Shown here one piece after another: positions 32,071 to 46,639 of a stretch of DNA of 64,000 bases. The translations under genes were made by a program, and so were the position numbers. Below the pieces are notes generated by a model. That model worked only from the letters and a program-made list of their open reading frames with translations, searched no databases and was not told the origin of the DNA. Source of the DNA: Chrysomallon squamiferum (lineage: Eukaryota > Animalia > Mollusca); the NCBI GenBank assembly GCA_012295275.1, contig CM022672.1, positions 8,308,001 through 8,372,000 on the forward strand. The letters run 5' to 3'. Each line of letters starts with the position of its first letter. The first letter of the stretch is position 1.

Positions 32071-32557
32071 ATAATAATAATAATAATAACGATGATGATG
32101 ATGATGATGATGATAATCATCAATCAAATCCTCGCCAGTAAAATAAATTAAAACAAAAAAACCGTAGATTTGAACTGTTAATATTAAATAAAACGTGTTT
32201 TAAACATCGATTTATTCGCTCAGTATCAAAATAAACATCAAGGTTTCTAGAAAGTGTCTTATTTTACAAGAGGACGTCACGACATGTTGCCGTGTTAGCT
32301 TGTACCCATTGGCATTTCCTCCGATAGAAAACCGAAAAAAAAAAAAAAAAAAAAAAAAATCTGCATTCTCTCTTTCAATCCAGATATAATTATATCATTC
32401 AAAATAAACACACCCTAACCAAACATTGTGTATGAAGCTGACGTTAGATATCTTAGTACTGCAACATCGGGGATGACGCAGAGGTATATCAAAAGTAATC
32501 TGGTTCTGTTGTACTATTTACTAACAAAGGTACAAGTGAAACAGTGGAGATACGAAC

Positions 32558-32613
<56 letters not shown>

Positions 32614-32820
32614 AATAAATTAATAAAAGACAACACATCTTAATTTGAAATTTCTTTTCCTTTCTGTTATTAGGGAGTGGTTATATTATCCTGAAGTAAA
32701 AGACAAATATTTTGTAAATTTTGTTTCATTTGTTACCTAACTGCTTTCCAGAATCAAGTATTCAATGAAAACAATGTTCAGATGCTACCGTAATAAATAA
32801 GTAAATAAAAACTTATTAGT

Positions 32821-32937
<117 letters not shown>

Positions 32938-33130
32938 TAAATATTATAAGTAAGTATTATTGAAATATATATATAAGAAAATAGAAATAAGGAAAGAAAA
33001 AAGAAAGGTAAAGAAATGTAAACTAATTTAATAATAATAATAACAAATAAATATATAATAAAAAAAAAAATAATAAAAAAAAAAATATTCCTATATAAAA
33101 CAAACATTAATTCTACCGACTCAGGATGGA

Positions 33131-33510
33131 ATTGCATAAATTTGCGCATGCGCCAAGCAGTAAAGTATACCAATCGAAACAAAATGCCTTATCCTGCTTA
33201 CGGATTATCTAAACTTGTACAATTGAAAATATGCAAGTCATCGGGGGATTTTCCCTCATGTTTTTTACATGTGACCGAGTTTCGTGTGTTGGGAATTTTT
33301 CCCTTCTTACCGGTGTGATAGTGATACTGATAGGTGACTATAATCGTGATTTATTTGTGTCACACACTAACTAGGAGCTGCGACTGAACGCCATCTGTCT
33401 GTAACAGAATGTCAATATTTTTTCTCTGCGGGAAATAGGCTCTTCCAGCGAGTGACATAAATTGTTTCATTTTCTGTTTGAAATATATATATATATAAGA
33501 GTGATGCAAC
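33131..33510. promoter_or_regulatory. Motif cluster upstream of the Cys2/MetX gene: C/EBP-like ATTGCATAA, NRF1 GCGCATGCGC, two NF-kB-like sites, ATF4/AARE TGATGCAAC
   Basis: ATTGCATAA 33131-33139; GCGCATGCGC 33144-33153; GGGGATTTTCCC 33244-33255; GGGAATTTTTCCC 33291-33303; TGATGCAAC 33502-33510. All lie in a CpG-retaining region 180-560 bp before the ATG. Confidence 0.5.
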
Positions 33511-33690
33511 ATTTCGCTCTTCATGTGCAATTTCCATACATGTGAAAAAAAGAAGAAGAAAAACGTCAGAAAAGTAAACGAACCAACCAAAGTACATCCC
33601 CATAAAAATCTAATTTATTAAACATATGACACAACACAAATCAATGCAATACACTACCAGTTTCAGAAACACGTTTAATAATTCATCACC

Positions 33691-35680
33691 ATGTTATCGT
33701 TTATTAGAACAAGTGTTTTTGTAACGTCAAAACGCGTTTTACTTCAAGTCCAAGAGAGCGGCGAATTGGCCAAATGCATCGTCTGCAGACGACATATTGT
33801 GACAAGTTCTCCAGTTTTGCAGAAAGTCAAAGAGGTGGATAATGAAGTTTCATTGCCGCAGGTTGATGTACCTGATTACTTTGAGGTTTGTCCAGATGAA
33901 CCACAAGTTATGTTCCGTGGATTACAGTCTGATTTCCCATGTGTTTCCAGAAAGTAAGTACGTTTTTTAATTTTTATATATTATTATTATTATTTTTTTT
34001 TTCCGCTAATATATATATTATAAATAATATCAATTCATTGGTTTAATATGATGATGATGATGATGATGATGATGATAATAATATAAATGCCTACATTTGT
34101 TTTGGTTTTTTTCCTATTCCAACTGGTATTTCAGTTGGTTTATGAAAGGCCTATGTCAGCATTCCTGTCCACAGGAGTGTTCAGATAAACTTTCCTTAAC
34201 ATCTAATTGATAAGAGTATTGCAGAGTGTAACATCTCTGAATTTCTTATCTTACAACTACACAGACACCTGTTAGTCTTCTTCCAGACAGTATTATTGTA
34301 ATTATTGACTAATTATTAAACTGATTGGATTTTATTATAATTACATAAGAAATATAATACTTTTAAATAAACAAACATATGCACAGTATAATACTGACAT
34401 TAGGTCACTGTCATTTGATGTTTTCTTAACTCTAGTTGGAGACAAGCAAATGACCTTATCTGTTTATATATACTTGTCTAATAAATATCTTAATTAAATA
34501 AAACTTCAATTTTTTTTTTTTTTAATCATTCACATTGTTGTGTATTTTTAATTCTTGTTTTACTTGTGGAATAAAATGGTTTAATATTCACATTTTTGTT
34601 TAAAATGAATGCCAGAGTCAGTTTACGTTCAATTAAGTAGATTCAAATTATACATAGATGCACAGCTTAATTTGCAGTTTACTATTGATAGAGTGATTTC
34701 TTATCAGATAGTTATTTCAGATTAAATTCTCAATAATTAAATTTTTAAGTATAAATTTATCATTTTAAAAGTTTTATACTTTTTATATTTGAATTGAATG
34801 CACTCCCAAAAGGTAAATTATTGCAGAAGTCTTTGTAAACATACTTTTCTTTTTCTTTATTTCCTAAAAATATTATTAAGGTCTTGAAAACTGTATCATT
34901 AAAGAGAGTTAATTATTTTCAGAGTAGAAGAATAAGTTATTTTATTATTTGAAGCAATTGTCAAAAATTATGCAGATACTTGTAAATCAAATTAATACTG
35001 TATCAGAACTTTGGCTTATTAAATAATTAAAATAATAATAAAAATAACAACAACAATAACAAAATACAACCAGAAAAGAAAGAGTATATTTAATGTATTG
35101 TTTGGAAAAAATGCAAAGCAAAGAAGCAAAACAAAAAAGGAAACATCCCAGGCACCTACCCAAATCCTTCCACAAAATATTATTTCTAGAAAAACAGTAA
35201 CCAAAGAATGTGAAAAGATAGGCATTATATTGATTTTAATCAGTGTATAACTGATCTGTCAAACCAGTATTTGTCACAATTCTTTTATTTTATTTTCTGA
35301 ATACATTTGCATTTTTAATGAGAATAATTTATTAATGTCATACCATTTAAAAGCACAAGTTTTCAAATGTGATGTCAAGTACACACTGATAGATTCCTAC
35401 AAACACATGTAAACCACCTATAAGCACACATAACACATAAATGCACATATACCATTACATATTGTACAAGTACCAGACACGCACACAGAAATATACCCAC
35501 TCACACCCATGCATATATACACATTCAAACATACACATTCAAACATACATATATACACATACACATATTCACATGCATAAACATACACACACAGGTAGAT
35601 CCATCAAACTGCTCATGCACACACACACCCGTACATGCATATATGCAGTATTTAAAAAAAGACACACCCACACCCACACC

Positions 35681-35723
<43 letters not shown>

Positions 35724-35924
35724 ACACACACACAGGCAGACCTACCACAAATATATACACACATATACACACATATGTGCACAGGTCCATCTACATAGAT
35801 GCACACGTTTATGTGCACACACACACACACAGAGTTATCCACAAAAATATACACACATACACACATGTACTTGACCTACCCACATGCACATCATTGCATA
35901 CATACATACATACACATGCACACA

Positions 35925-35964
<40 letters not shown>

Positions 35965-38900
35965 CAAACACACACACCTTGAACTATACATGGAAGCAGG
36001 TGAAATAGCAGTTGGTTATTTCCACCAATCATAGGTAAAACAAAATAGTAGCTGACAAAGTTTGGATGAATTATTATCATTTAGTTAAATCATTTTAATG
36101 AAAGAATCATAAAATGTACTCATCTTAACTATTATAAATAACATATGCTAAAAAAAAATATATATAAATAAAAAGACAGAAAGACAAAACGGATAGAAAA
36201 AAATAAAAATAAATTAATAATAAAACAAATAGGTGAAAGCAAAGACATCTATATATTCTGCTGTACAATGTTTACTTATGAAAAATGATAATACACTGAA
36301 AAATGAAGATTTGATCAATATTGTTCTTTCTTTTACTGTTTTTTCCTTTAAAATATAAACTTAAACCTTTTTTCATTAATATTTTTATTAATTATTATTT
36401 TAATTATTATTAATTTTAAATTTATTTATTTTGTTCACAGTGAGATGGCAGGACCTGAACCCGAGTATTCCAATGTAACATCAGGATATAAACTGTTTGT
36501 CAGCAAATCTCCCTTCTCCCTTAAGTACAACAGTGGTGTCCTCCCTGAATTAAACATAGCCTATGAGTCGTGGGGAAAGTTGAATGAACAGCGAGATAAT
36601 GCAGTTATTATACATGCTGGATTGTCAGCCAGTTCACATGCCAAAAGTCACAGAGTATGTTTATTTTATACTATCTCATTTTTTATTTATTTTATCTTTT
36701 TTATCCTCTCGTTATTTCTTTAGAAATCCTTATTTTTTAAATTTCTTTTAACAACATATTCACCTACAAACCACATGCATAGCAAATAGGTAAATGTAAT
36801 ATGCATGGCAATAAAATGTTCTTCATGTTATTCAGTAAAATGAATATTTAATGATATTATGTCAACACAGTTTATATATTCATTGTTATTCATTAACCAT
36901 ACAGTTGGTTAGCTTGGGATTATTAAATGAACTCTTTCCCATAGGAAAACATTTACAACAGCCTTTGATACAGAACTATGCAGAACATAGTAATAATAAC
37001 TGATGATGATAGCAACAACAACAACAACTTAAGTATAAGAAAATAATATATTGTCTGATTTACATGAACACTACCGAATAGTTATTTATCACTTATATAA
37101 TAACTGATGATGTTATATCTTAAAAGTGATTTTGAAAAGTCTCAGTGTATTTATATAAAGGAACATCTAAAATCAAAATATATTTATCTAATAAAACATA
37201 AATAATTAAGATGAATATAAAGATGATTTTAGGAAAACCATGCTTCTTTTATATATATATATATATATATAAAAAAATAATAATAAAAAAGAGACAAAAA
37301 CAAATAAATATAATAATAAAATAAATAAATAATAATTAAATATAATAAATAAATAAAAAGTAAATAAAACTACAAATAAGATAATTAATTGGAATTACAC
37401 AAAATATATTCCTTCAAATGTGTGTGTTTAATAAGAAAAAGAAAAATTTGATTGTATCATGTAAATTATTATGTATCTCACAATATTTTTTTTATTTTTT
37501 TCATCTTCATCTCAGTTACAGTTTAATTGAGAAATTGAATATTTAATTCAGACAAAGTTAGTATTTATTTCCATTTTTTGTTTGTTGCAGAATAACCCAT
37601 CACCAGGTTGGTGGGAGAAGTTTGTTGGACCAGGGTGTGCAGTGGATACCAACAAATTTTATGTCATCTGCACTAATAACCTGGGTGGTTGCTATGGAAC
37701 TTCGTAAGTAGCTTTTATTTTCATTGATTTTTACATGAATTAATTACTTTATAAGTAGTTCTTTATTTTTTAAATTCAGATCTAAAAGACTGCTTTAATG
37801 TCCCCATATTAAATTAATAATAATAATAATAATAATAATATCATTATCATCATCATCATCATCATAATATTTTTTTTTTCTAAACTGTTAATAAAAAAAT
37901 AATTTTCAGAACAAAAATGTATATAATACTTTGGTTTAAATCAACCATATCGACCGTCATACATCATTGCACATCACATCTGTGACCAGTATATTTTTTT
38001 TCACTTTGTAATATTTATAAAACAATGAGAAATTTTGCTGTTTGCACATATCTTATCAACTATTGGCTTCCAGAAGGGTGGGGGAAATCAGTTTGTCTTT
38101 AGACATGGTTGTTTTGGAAATGCATCCTAACATTGGCTGCTAACACACTGACAATGACAAACTGACTGGAAATTTAAATCTGAGCTAAAGCCATTGATTA
38201 TTGTGTACCTGTTCTAACAGAATCCTAAATTTTGATACTAGATTATGTCTGTGTCAGCTATACATTAATTAATAGTTTTCTGAAAGGAACAGGGTTCTTT
38301 ATTTACATCAGATAATTTGAAATGCTGTCTGCGTCTGGTTCTTCAGTGTCTTCTTGTTTCAGTCTACTTTGTACTTACCTATCCATATGTAAATCATAAC
38401 CAGCAGCCTAAAATTATAAATATTTGTAATGGATTTTACACATCAAGTTTGTCATGTAATATGAAAACAGTTATCAGCTTTTTATTTCTCCTACAGACAT
38501 ACCACAGACACATGAAAAATATTAATTTCAGTGTAGCAAATGCTTGCATATTGTTTGTCCATTTTGTGTATCTCTTCTTTCTTTTTTTTATATATATATA
38601 TATAAAAATCTACATATGAAAATAAAGTAGTTCTCTAACCTGTTTTTGTTATTTTTTAAATAAATATTATCTTTTCTTTTTTTAAAATATTTTTGCATTC
38701 ATGTTGTACACAGAGTACAAACTAGTGCAAGTGGCACTTTAATTTGTTTATGCTAGTTTTTGTTTTCTATGGCAGGGGCCCATCGTCTGTGAACCCCCTC
38801 ACCAACCAGGTATGATGATTCAGACAAAACTACAAAATCTTTTTATCTCTTTTTTTTTTTTTCTTCACTAAACAAACAGACTCTGCCTACATATAAATTA

Positions 38901-40393
38901 TGTATCTCTAAAGAATTGTTCTCACTGTGTGATTTGTAGTAACAGTTTAGAATATATTTTTGTTATGTGAATATTTAAACTTTTATGGCAAACTCTTGAC
39001 CCTTGAGAAAAGTAAAATATTTTTAAAAAATCATGTGAATAAGAAATTGAATTACCTACTGTTGACAATGATAGAAAAAACTAAATTTAAAAAAATAAAA
39101 TAAAATAGAATAACCTTAATCAATAAAGGGATATAATTCTTTCTTTGTATTTTACATTAAACTGATTGCTAATATTAAACAAGCCATGTTGAAAAAACCT
39201 AGCACAGAATAAAACTAAACTCATTCTGATGTGTTCCTTTTCATAACACATTTTATTTGTCAGTACAAGTTGCATAGTGAGAACACTCCTTTATTATATA
39301 GCATTTTAAAAATATTTTGTTATTATGTGTAACTCAGTGTGTATTTCATTTTATTTTTATTTTTATTTATTTATTTATTTATTTATTTATTTTATTTTAT
39401 TTTATTTTATTTTATTTTATTTTTTGGTATCATTATTAGTAATATGTACTATACTTCTTTTTTCATTTTTCATTTTAATAAAATATTAAATTAAAAATAT
39501 TTGAAAATTGTACAACCCATTGTTCCATATAAATTTGATTTATTTATTATTTGTTTTAATTAATAAAAAAAAAGTATGGAGTGAATATAATTTAAGATTC
39601 TAACCATTTGTGTATATATATATATTTTCAGATCCTAACCATTTGTGTACACTATAATCTGTTTATCAAATATTCTTCGTTAAACTTGACACCTGTGTTA
39701 CATTCCCAGTTGTAAATTGATACATTTTTTAATGTCTGTTAGGTCATTTTGTAATATAAGTAAGAAAAATGGAACTTACTGCTGAATTAAAGACTACTCT
39801 TATAAACAGTGAGACATTTCATATAAGTTGTTTTTTGCAAAGATAAAAGTGTATACCACAGTTTTTGTTGTTTTTTCATATCAAATATGAGGTAGAGATT
39901 TGAGTGAGAACATTTTTTTTTTTTTTATGGAGGATTAATCCTATCACCCATCATTCCTGTAGCAAGTTGTCTAAAGTGAACTCAGAACTACTCCAAAAAG
40001 AAATATTTTAATATATTCCATAAAAAAATTTTGTCTCCATATTATGAGCATTAACATTAATTTACTTTTGCCATTATGATTTATATATATATATATATAG
40101 GAAAAAAGAAGTGATGATGAGAAATTTTTGAATTAGAAATTTTAGCAGTCATTTCAGCTTTATGCTTTGTTTGGAAATTTGGTGAATGGTTTAGTGTCTG
40201 TAACTAACTTTTTAACAAATTTAGCATTGGATTTTTTTTGTTCTTATAACTGCTTTTTTATTTATTCATTTATTTATGTTAAAACACTGCAAAAGTGAAA
40301 AATATAATTTAGAACTTGCTACTAAAGAATCAGTATGTGTCATTAAATATTATCTTTCTTTATTTTTTTGTTTCTTTCTTCTGTTTTTTATTT

Positions 40394-40428
<35 letters not shown>

Positions 40429-43400
40429 TTTTAATGAAGTTACTTAATTCTGATGCCCATATATATTTTACTGATTTAACATCAGTTTTTCAATCAGTAG
40501 ACTTTAATTATAAATATTCTATGGCTATTTCCAAGTGTTCTATTCACATCCTACAGTACATCTTAGACAACAGACTAGTATAATGCTAATTTAAGAATCT
40601 AGTATAATATTTCAGTATTGACTGTCAAGATTAGCTGACTTAAAATACAGCTAAAAAACCCCAACAATTAAATATAAAATATTGTTAAATTTAAACACAG
40701 AATTGTAATCAGTCTTACAATAGTAATGTAATCATATGATTAATTATATTATTTCTAAATACATTTATAATTATTCAGAAAGGTATTCCTAAAATTAGAA
40801 ATATGTTTTATAATCTAAAAGCATTACAAAGAAAAACAAGAAAGCATAATAAAAACTGTTTAAAGTTTATTTTAAATGTTTTTATTTTGTTTATATTTTT
40901 AGCCATATGGTACAAGTTTTCCAATTGTCAGTGTAGAGGATATGGTTAGAGCACAGTTTTTGCTTATGGATCACCTGGGAATTAAAAAGGTAAAAATGTC
41001 TGATACACCTTATTGGATATTGTTAATTTAAATCATTTGTAAACTGTGGTATCCTTGAACAAACCCCCCCCCCAAAAAAAAACAATAATATAGCAATAAT
41101 AAAAAATAAAAACTCAATCACAAGTGAACGAAAAAAGTGATCTTTAATCAGACAGTAGCTCTTAGAACCTTATTAAGTTATGCCTGAATAGCTTTAAATT
41201 TAAAGTAGTTTAAATGCCATATTATTATTCATGTTTATTTTTTGCTTCTTAGAATTGGTGAAAGGATTTATTTATTTGTTTACTTGCTTTTATATTTATT
41301 TCTGTGTTAATCTATTTATATTTATGTTTTAATCTGTTATTTAATTTTCCAAATATTGCCCAGAAAAGGTAGAGTTCCCTCTTTCTAACTTACTGATTGT
41401 ATTATAAATCTATTTTTCATCTTTGCATGGAACTTGTTTTATCAATAGGTGTGTCATTTTGACTGAATATATTTGTGTGTTATTTTCAGCTTCACGGGGC
41501 AGTTGGATCATCACTAGGTGGGATGTGCTCGTTGATGGCAACAATCTTGTTCCCAGAACGAGTTGGAAGGTGAGACATGATACTGTCAGAAAATAGTTTT
41601 GTTTAAAAAAGGTGGGTTGTTGTGTGACATCGTTGTTCTTCAGTTATCTGTAAATTTAGACATAATTAGAAATTTGTGTAGTATGACTGGCCTTAGTACA
41701 GGATTTCTCTTTTTCATTCTCAGTTTAATTTGATTCAAATGCTTACTATGCTTAGGTCATCATAAAAGAACAATTTACTTGTTAGTATAATCATTATAAT
41801 TTATTTTACTGTTTATTTTTCAGTGAGTGTGCTTACAAAAATTAATAAAAAGAAATTATATCTGTGTTGTCTCTGTACAGGCATCTCTGTCTCTTTTTCT
41901 CATCTCTCTCTCTCTCTTCAAACAAAACTATCTTTTCATTGATATTGTAAACTTAAATCATTCTAATTTTATTTTTTTAAAGTAAACAATACTTATTTTG
42001 ATAATGAATACTAAAATAAAGTTTTAAAACATCAGTTATAAATATTAGTTATTTATTTTTCAGATTTGTTTCAATATCTTCGTGTGCGCAGTCTCACCCA
42101 TCGTCCATTGCAATGCGGTACTTACAGAGGAAGTGCATAATGAGTGACCCTAACTGGGACAAGGGACATTACTACAATGGAAAGTTTCCCAAGATTGGAA
42201 TGAAGCTGGCAAGGTTCGTCTTTGTTAATGTAAATACAAAAACGAAAAAAAGGAAAATCTATTCCACCATATATCTAACATAATTGGTTCTCTGGGAAGT
42301 TTTGATCCCATGACCTCTGATCTCACAGCTTAGATATACTTACAGCTTGCTCATTTATAAAAATTATCAGAAGATAACCTAATTATAAAAGTTTTCTAAA
42401 CAAGATAAATTATAAATTATGAAAAGTTGCAAAATCGTTTATTTATAAATTGAACATTAAAAGAAATGATCATTGTAAAGATTTTATTCGTTTATTAATT
42501 TCTTTTTATTCTATTATATTCTATTGTTTTCTTAAAAAGTTAATTACAAATTTTAAAATACAACTCCATTACAAATGCATGATAACATTTGTTTTTATTA
42601 TTTTTATTCAATATTTCTAGAGAAATTGCGACACTTACCTATCGCAGCGGACCCGAGTGGGATGAGAGATTTGGTCGACTTAGAATCAACGACAATGATG
42701 CTCCTTCACTCTGCCCAACATTTAACATAGAAAGTTACCTGGAGTACCAGGGTGAAAACTTCAGCACTAAATTTGACCCCAACTCTCTCCTTTATATTTC
42801 TAAGGTATCCTTATTTTTATTTATTTATTTGTATGTATGGATTTATAATTCTTTCCATATATGTATATTTGTGTGTGTGTCTGTGTAATTTTTGTTTGGC
42901 AGGAGTTTAATTATATCATGAATATTCCAGTATGTGTAATTTTCATTTATAATTATCCTTTTCTTGTTTCTTGTAGGCCATGGACCTGTTTGATGCAGCT
43001 GAAGGATTTAACTCACTGGAGGAAGGATTAGCTAGGATCACTTGTCCTGCGATGGTCATTGGTGTCCAGACAGACATACTCTTTCCCATCTGGCAGCAGA
43101 GAGAGCTGGCCAGTGCCCTGCAGAGAGCAGGTTCAAATCTTATTAACATCTTTTATATATCTGTCTGTTCTAACAGTTATTTTTTGTGTTGAATTTAATT
43201 ATTATTAGTTTCACTGACATTAGCCATGGACTGTGTAGTTTGTCTTTTAAGGTTCTTATCTGAAATGATATATACTACATAATTAATTTTCACTTATTTC
43301 CCAATCCAGCCAGATGCCCAACAACTTGTTTATTAAAATCTGAATAGAAATCATGATTCACATCTCAACTCATCTGACATTTTTCAACACAGCAAAAAAA

Positions 43401-44036
43401 AAAAAGATTAGAGAACCAGGTATAAAAATGTTTTTTTTTTTAATCTTTGTTGTTAATAATTAACAATTACAGGATTTCTTGTAATTACTTATTAAAAGGC
43501 TTTGTATTTTGTCAAATTTGTAGGTAATGAAGCAGTGACATTTTATGAACTGAACTCTTTGTATGGTCATGATACATTTTTACTTGATCTTAATGGAGTG
43601 GGAGCTGCTGTCAAAGTTGGTTTGTTAAAATGTTTTTATAATTAACCAGATAATTTCAAAACAAAAAACATTATTAACTGCTATAAAGATTTGTTTGTTA
43701 AATTCAGACTGGATTCAATCTTCTTTTCTTTTTCTCATATTCAAAAATAAAAGGTATCTTCATACCATCATGCCATAATATTCCTCAAGATGTTTTTAGC
43801 AACAAGTAGAATAATTTTTGCAGAAATTGTTTTACATTTTTTTTTAAACTGTTGTTTTTATGATAGTACTAATTCATTTCAGTTTTCTTTTTTGATTTTT
43901 TAAAAATTTCTCCTACATTTTTACCTGTTTTATATTTCAGGGCTTTCTTGAGACAGACATGAAGGAATTTGGATGGCTCACAAAGGAAAGATTAAAGAAC
44001 ACAAATAAGAAAGACAAGGAGAGACTGTATTTCTAG
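33691..44036 (+). CDS. cys2: MetX-family alpha/beta hydrolase of the fungal Cys2 type (serine O-succinyl/acetyltransferase), with N-terminal mitochondrial-like presequence
   Basis: Eleven exons: 33691-33953 ([18 protein letters not shown]...DFPCVSR), 36441-36654 (AGPEPEY...IAYESWG...[10 protein letters not shown]), 37591-37703 ([10 protein letters not shown]...[19 protein letters not shown]), 38776-38809, ~40902-40989 ([13 protein letters not shown]), 41491-41569 (VGSSLGGM, nucleophile Ser), 42064-42213, 42621-42804 (TYRSGPEW...YLEYQG...[11 protein letters not shown]), 42977-43131 (GVQTDILFP, Asp), ~43524-43615 (YGHDTFLL, His), 43941-44036. Confidence 0.9.
35441..35980. repeat. Degenerate (CA/TA)n low-complexity tract
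   Basis: ACAC/ATAC-rich intronic sequence that produces spurious HT- and VC-rich ORFs. Confidence 0.85.
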
Positions 44037-46465
44037 AGTGATAGTTATCTGAGGACAGTTTAACTTCTTTTTTTCAAATGAAACATTCTGTATTTGAATT
44101 TATTTATCTACATGATTCTACTTTTGTTTCTCTCACTCTCATTATCTGTCTACTGGTTTTTTCTCTCAGTTTCCTTTTTTGTATCTGTCAGTTTATTTCA
44201 TTTTTCACAACTTCCTCTACATCGTTTATGCTTTTGCTATCATTGTGTATCTTCTCTTTGTTGCTGTTTTATATATGTTGATGCCTGGTATTAATTCATG
44301 TGGACAGGGAATATTTTTGTAGTGGAAAAGGTTGTTTTATTTTCTTATTGGCATTATTTGTTGATATTATATCATTTTTAGAATTCATGCTAAAACAGAA
44401 CAAAATACTGTTCTTTTAAAATGCCAGAAAATGATATTTTTCTTCTGCACAAATATTATCAGAGGTGCTAACAAAGTCTAAGCATCTTCCCTTTTTTTTC
44501 ATTGTTTGTACTGGCTGAATTCTTGTCTCAGTATGAGTACAAGACATTTGAATATACCTTAGAAATGAAAATGTTTACATGATAGTTGTCTTTTTTTCAA
44601 AACCTGTGATTTAACTTTAATTAAAATGTAACCTGACATGGTATACTGTTTGGTTTATTCTGACAGAGTTTGTGGTATCTGTTGTTTGAGTGGAAGATTA
44701 GGTCTGATTTTGACAGTCACTGTTGTGAAATATTACAACACAAGGGTATGACTTCCTAGTTAAAGGGATGAGTTTTTCACGTTTTGAAAGAGAACAGGAA
44801 GAGGGAGATTTCACTGACAGATATATATGTTAATGGTTTGTGCTGCTATGGTGTTTTAGAAATTTGTATACCAATGAGATGTATCATTTGTTTAAATAAT
44901 TTGTTTAAAAGATTTACATATCTATTGTTATTTGTTGAATGTATCATCAAACTGTTAATGGTAAAACTAATGCAGTTTTCTAATTTTATTCAGTATTTAA
45001 TATGATAAAGCAAAGGGGATTTGGTACATGGTTTTTTTTTTTTTTTTTGTATGTATATCTGTGAACTCCATACAGACTTACAGTTGTTTGAAGGTGCTAC
45101 TTATCACATTGTTTATATCATGTAACATACTTAAAATGTTTAATCTATGTTGTTGTTGTAACTTTAAAAATAGTTTTAAAAAACTCAAAATGTAAAAACA
45201 GGAAAAACAGAAAAAAAGAAGAAAAAAGTAATTATTTTGAAATGTTTGACAATTATGTTTATTTTACTTATTTTTTTAAATTTTAAAATTTTTTTTAATT
45301 TTTTTTTTTGTTATGATTAACGCCAAGTGCCACTTCCTGTCAGATGCACAAACAACTTTTTTCTTCTCTTTTTAACTGTTCAGTTATAATTATATTCTTA
45401 TATTTAATTTTATGCTTGAGAAATGTGTAGTGCTTATGGTTGTCTGGGATTTCTTTATATACATTTTTTTTTTGCTATCTACAAAAGCACTAAATTGTTA
45501 AGCATATACTTTGTGTTTTCATTTTTATGTTATCTCATATACTTGTATGAGCTTTTGTGTTTGTTTTATTTGGATTCAGAATTTTTCTAAAAGTATGGGA
45601 TTCCATAAAATCTATATGGAAAATAAAAACAATGTCTAAGATGGCTGATACATGGTCCCATAGACAGGTATGCTGTTGATTTAAAAGGTTAATGAAAAAG
45701 GTATTAGTTACCTAATAAATATTCAGATTAAAAAGTGAAACTATTGAGATGTGTCAGAAGTTTGTTACACAGAAGTGTTTTATCTTCAATACTGATTGTA
45801 TTTATATAAAAAAAATTAACCAGATTTGTTGAATTAGTGTTGATAAAATTTTAAATCACGATTAAACAAAAATGTGTTAAATCAATGAAAATTATTTATA
45901 TTTTTGCTACTAGTCTGCTTTGTAACTACACAAATTATTTTCAGATGATTGATATATGATTGCATTTATCATTGTTATGATGCCTTTTTCAAACGTTTTT
46001 GTAGTTGATGTTTAATCAGTGGCAATGAGTTCAGATTACTTCAGTAATTTATTGTATTTTTCATTTGATTAATGATACCAATAAAGAGTTCAGTCATAAA
46101 TAGTTTTTTGTTTTTCTTTTTTCTCTGTAGTAGTTATTATTTTGTTTTGTTTTTGTGGCAGTAAGAAGCTGTCCAGACATTTGATATTCAAATGGTTATT
46201 AAAAAAAAATGGAAAACAATTATTGTGATAAAAAAATCAATTTTTAAAATAATTTAAACTTTATTTGTCTATGCATTAAGGATTGAAATTCATTTTGAAA
46301 AACCTTAAAATAAATTTACCTTTGGAAATAAAAACATTTTTGTATCAGATTGTTTCAAGGAACTGGGTTAAAAATATTCATTTTAATATTTAAATATATT
46401 CATTAGGTCTCATTAATTTTTTTTTTTTTTTTTTTTTTTATCACATCAGAAACTAATTTGTGAAT

Positions 46466-46607
46466 TTATTCCTCCTGAACATGAAGAGAAGGATTTCCAA
46501 ATGTCAATAAAATACCATGATTTTCTAAATATTCACGTCTTGTCTGGAAAATAAAATTTTTAAAAATACCTATATATATATATAATTAAATTTAGATTTT
46601 AAAAAAA

Positions 46608-46639
<32 letters not shown>

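Noticed and set aside
35441-36034. 197-aa His/Thr-rich ORF and overlapping Val/Cys-rich ORFs
   Set aside because: They are translations of a degenerate CA repeat inside cys2 intron 1 and have no protein-like complexity.
33691-44036. Bacterial contamination or recent horizontal transfer of metX
   Set aside because: It has ten canonical spliceosomal introns, host-like composition, a presequence and fungal Cys2-like motifs.
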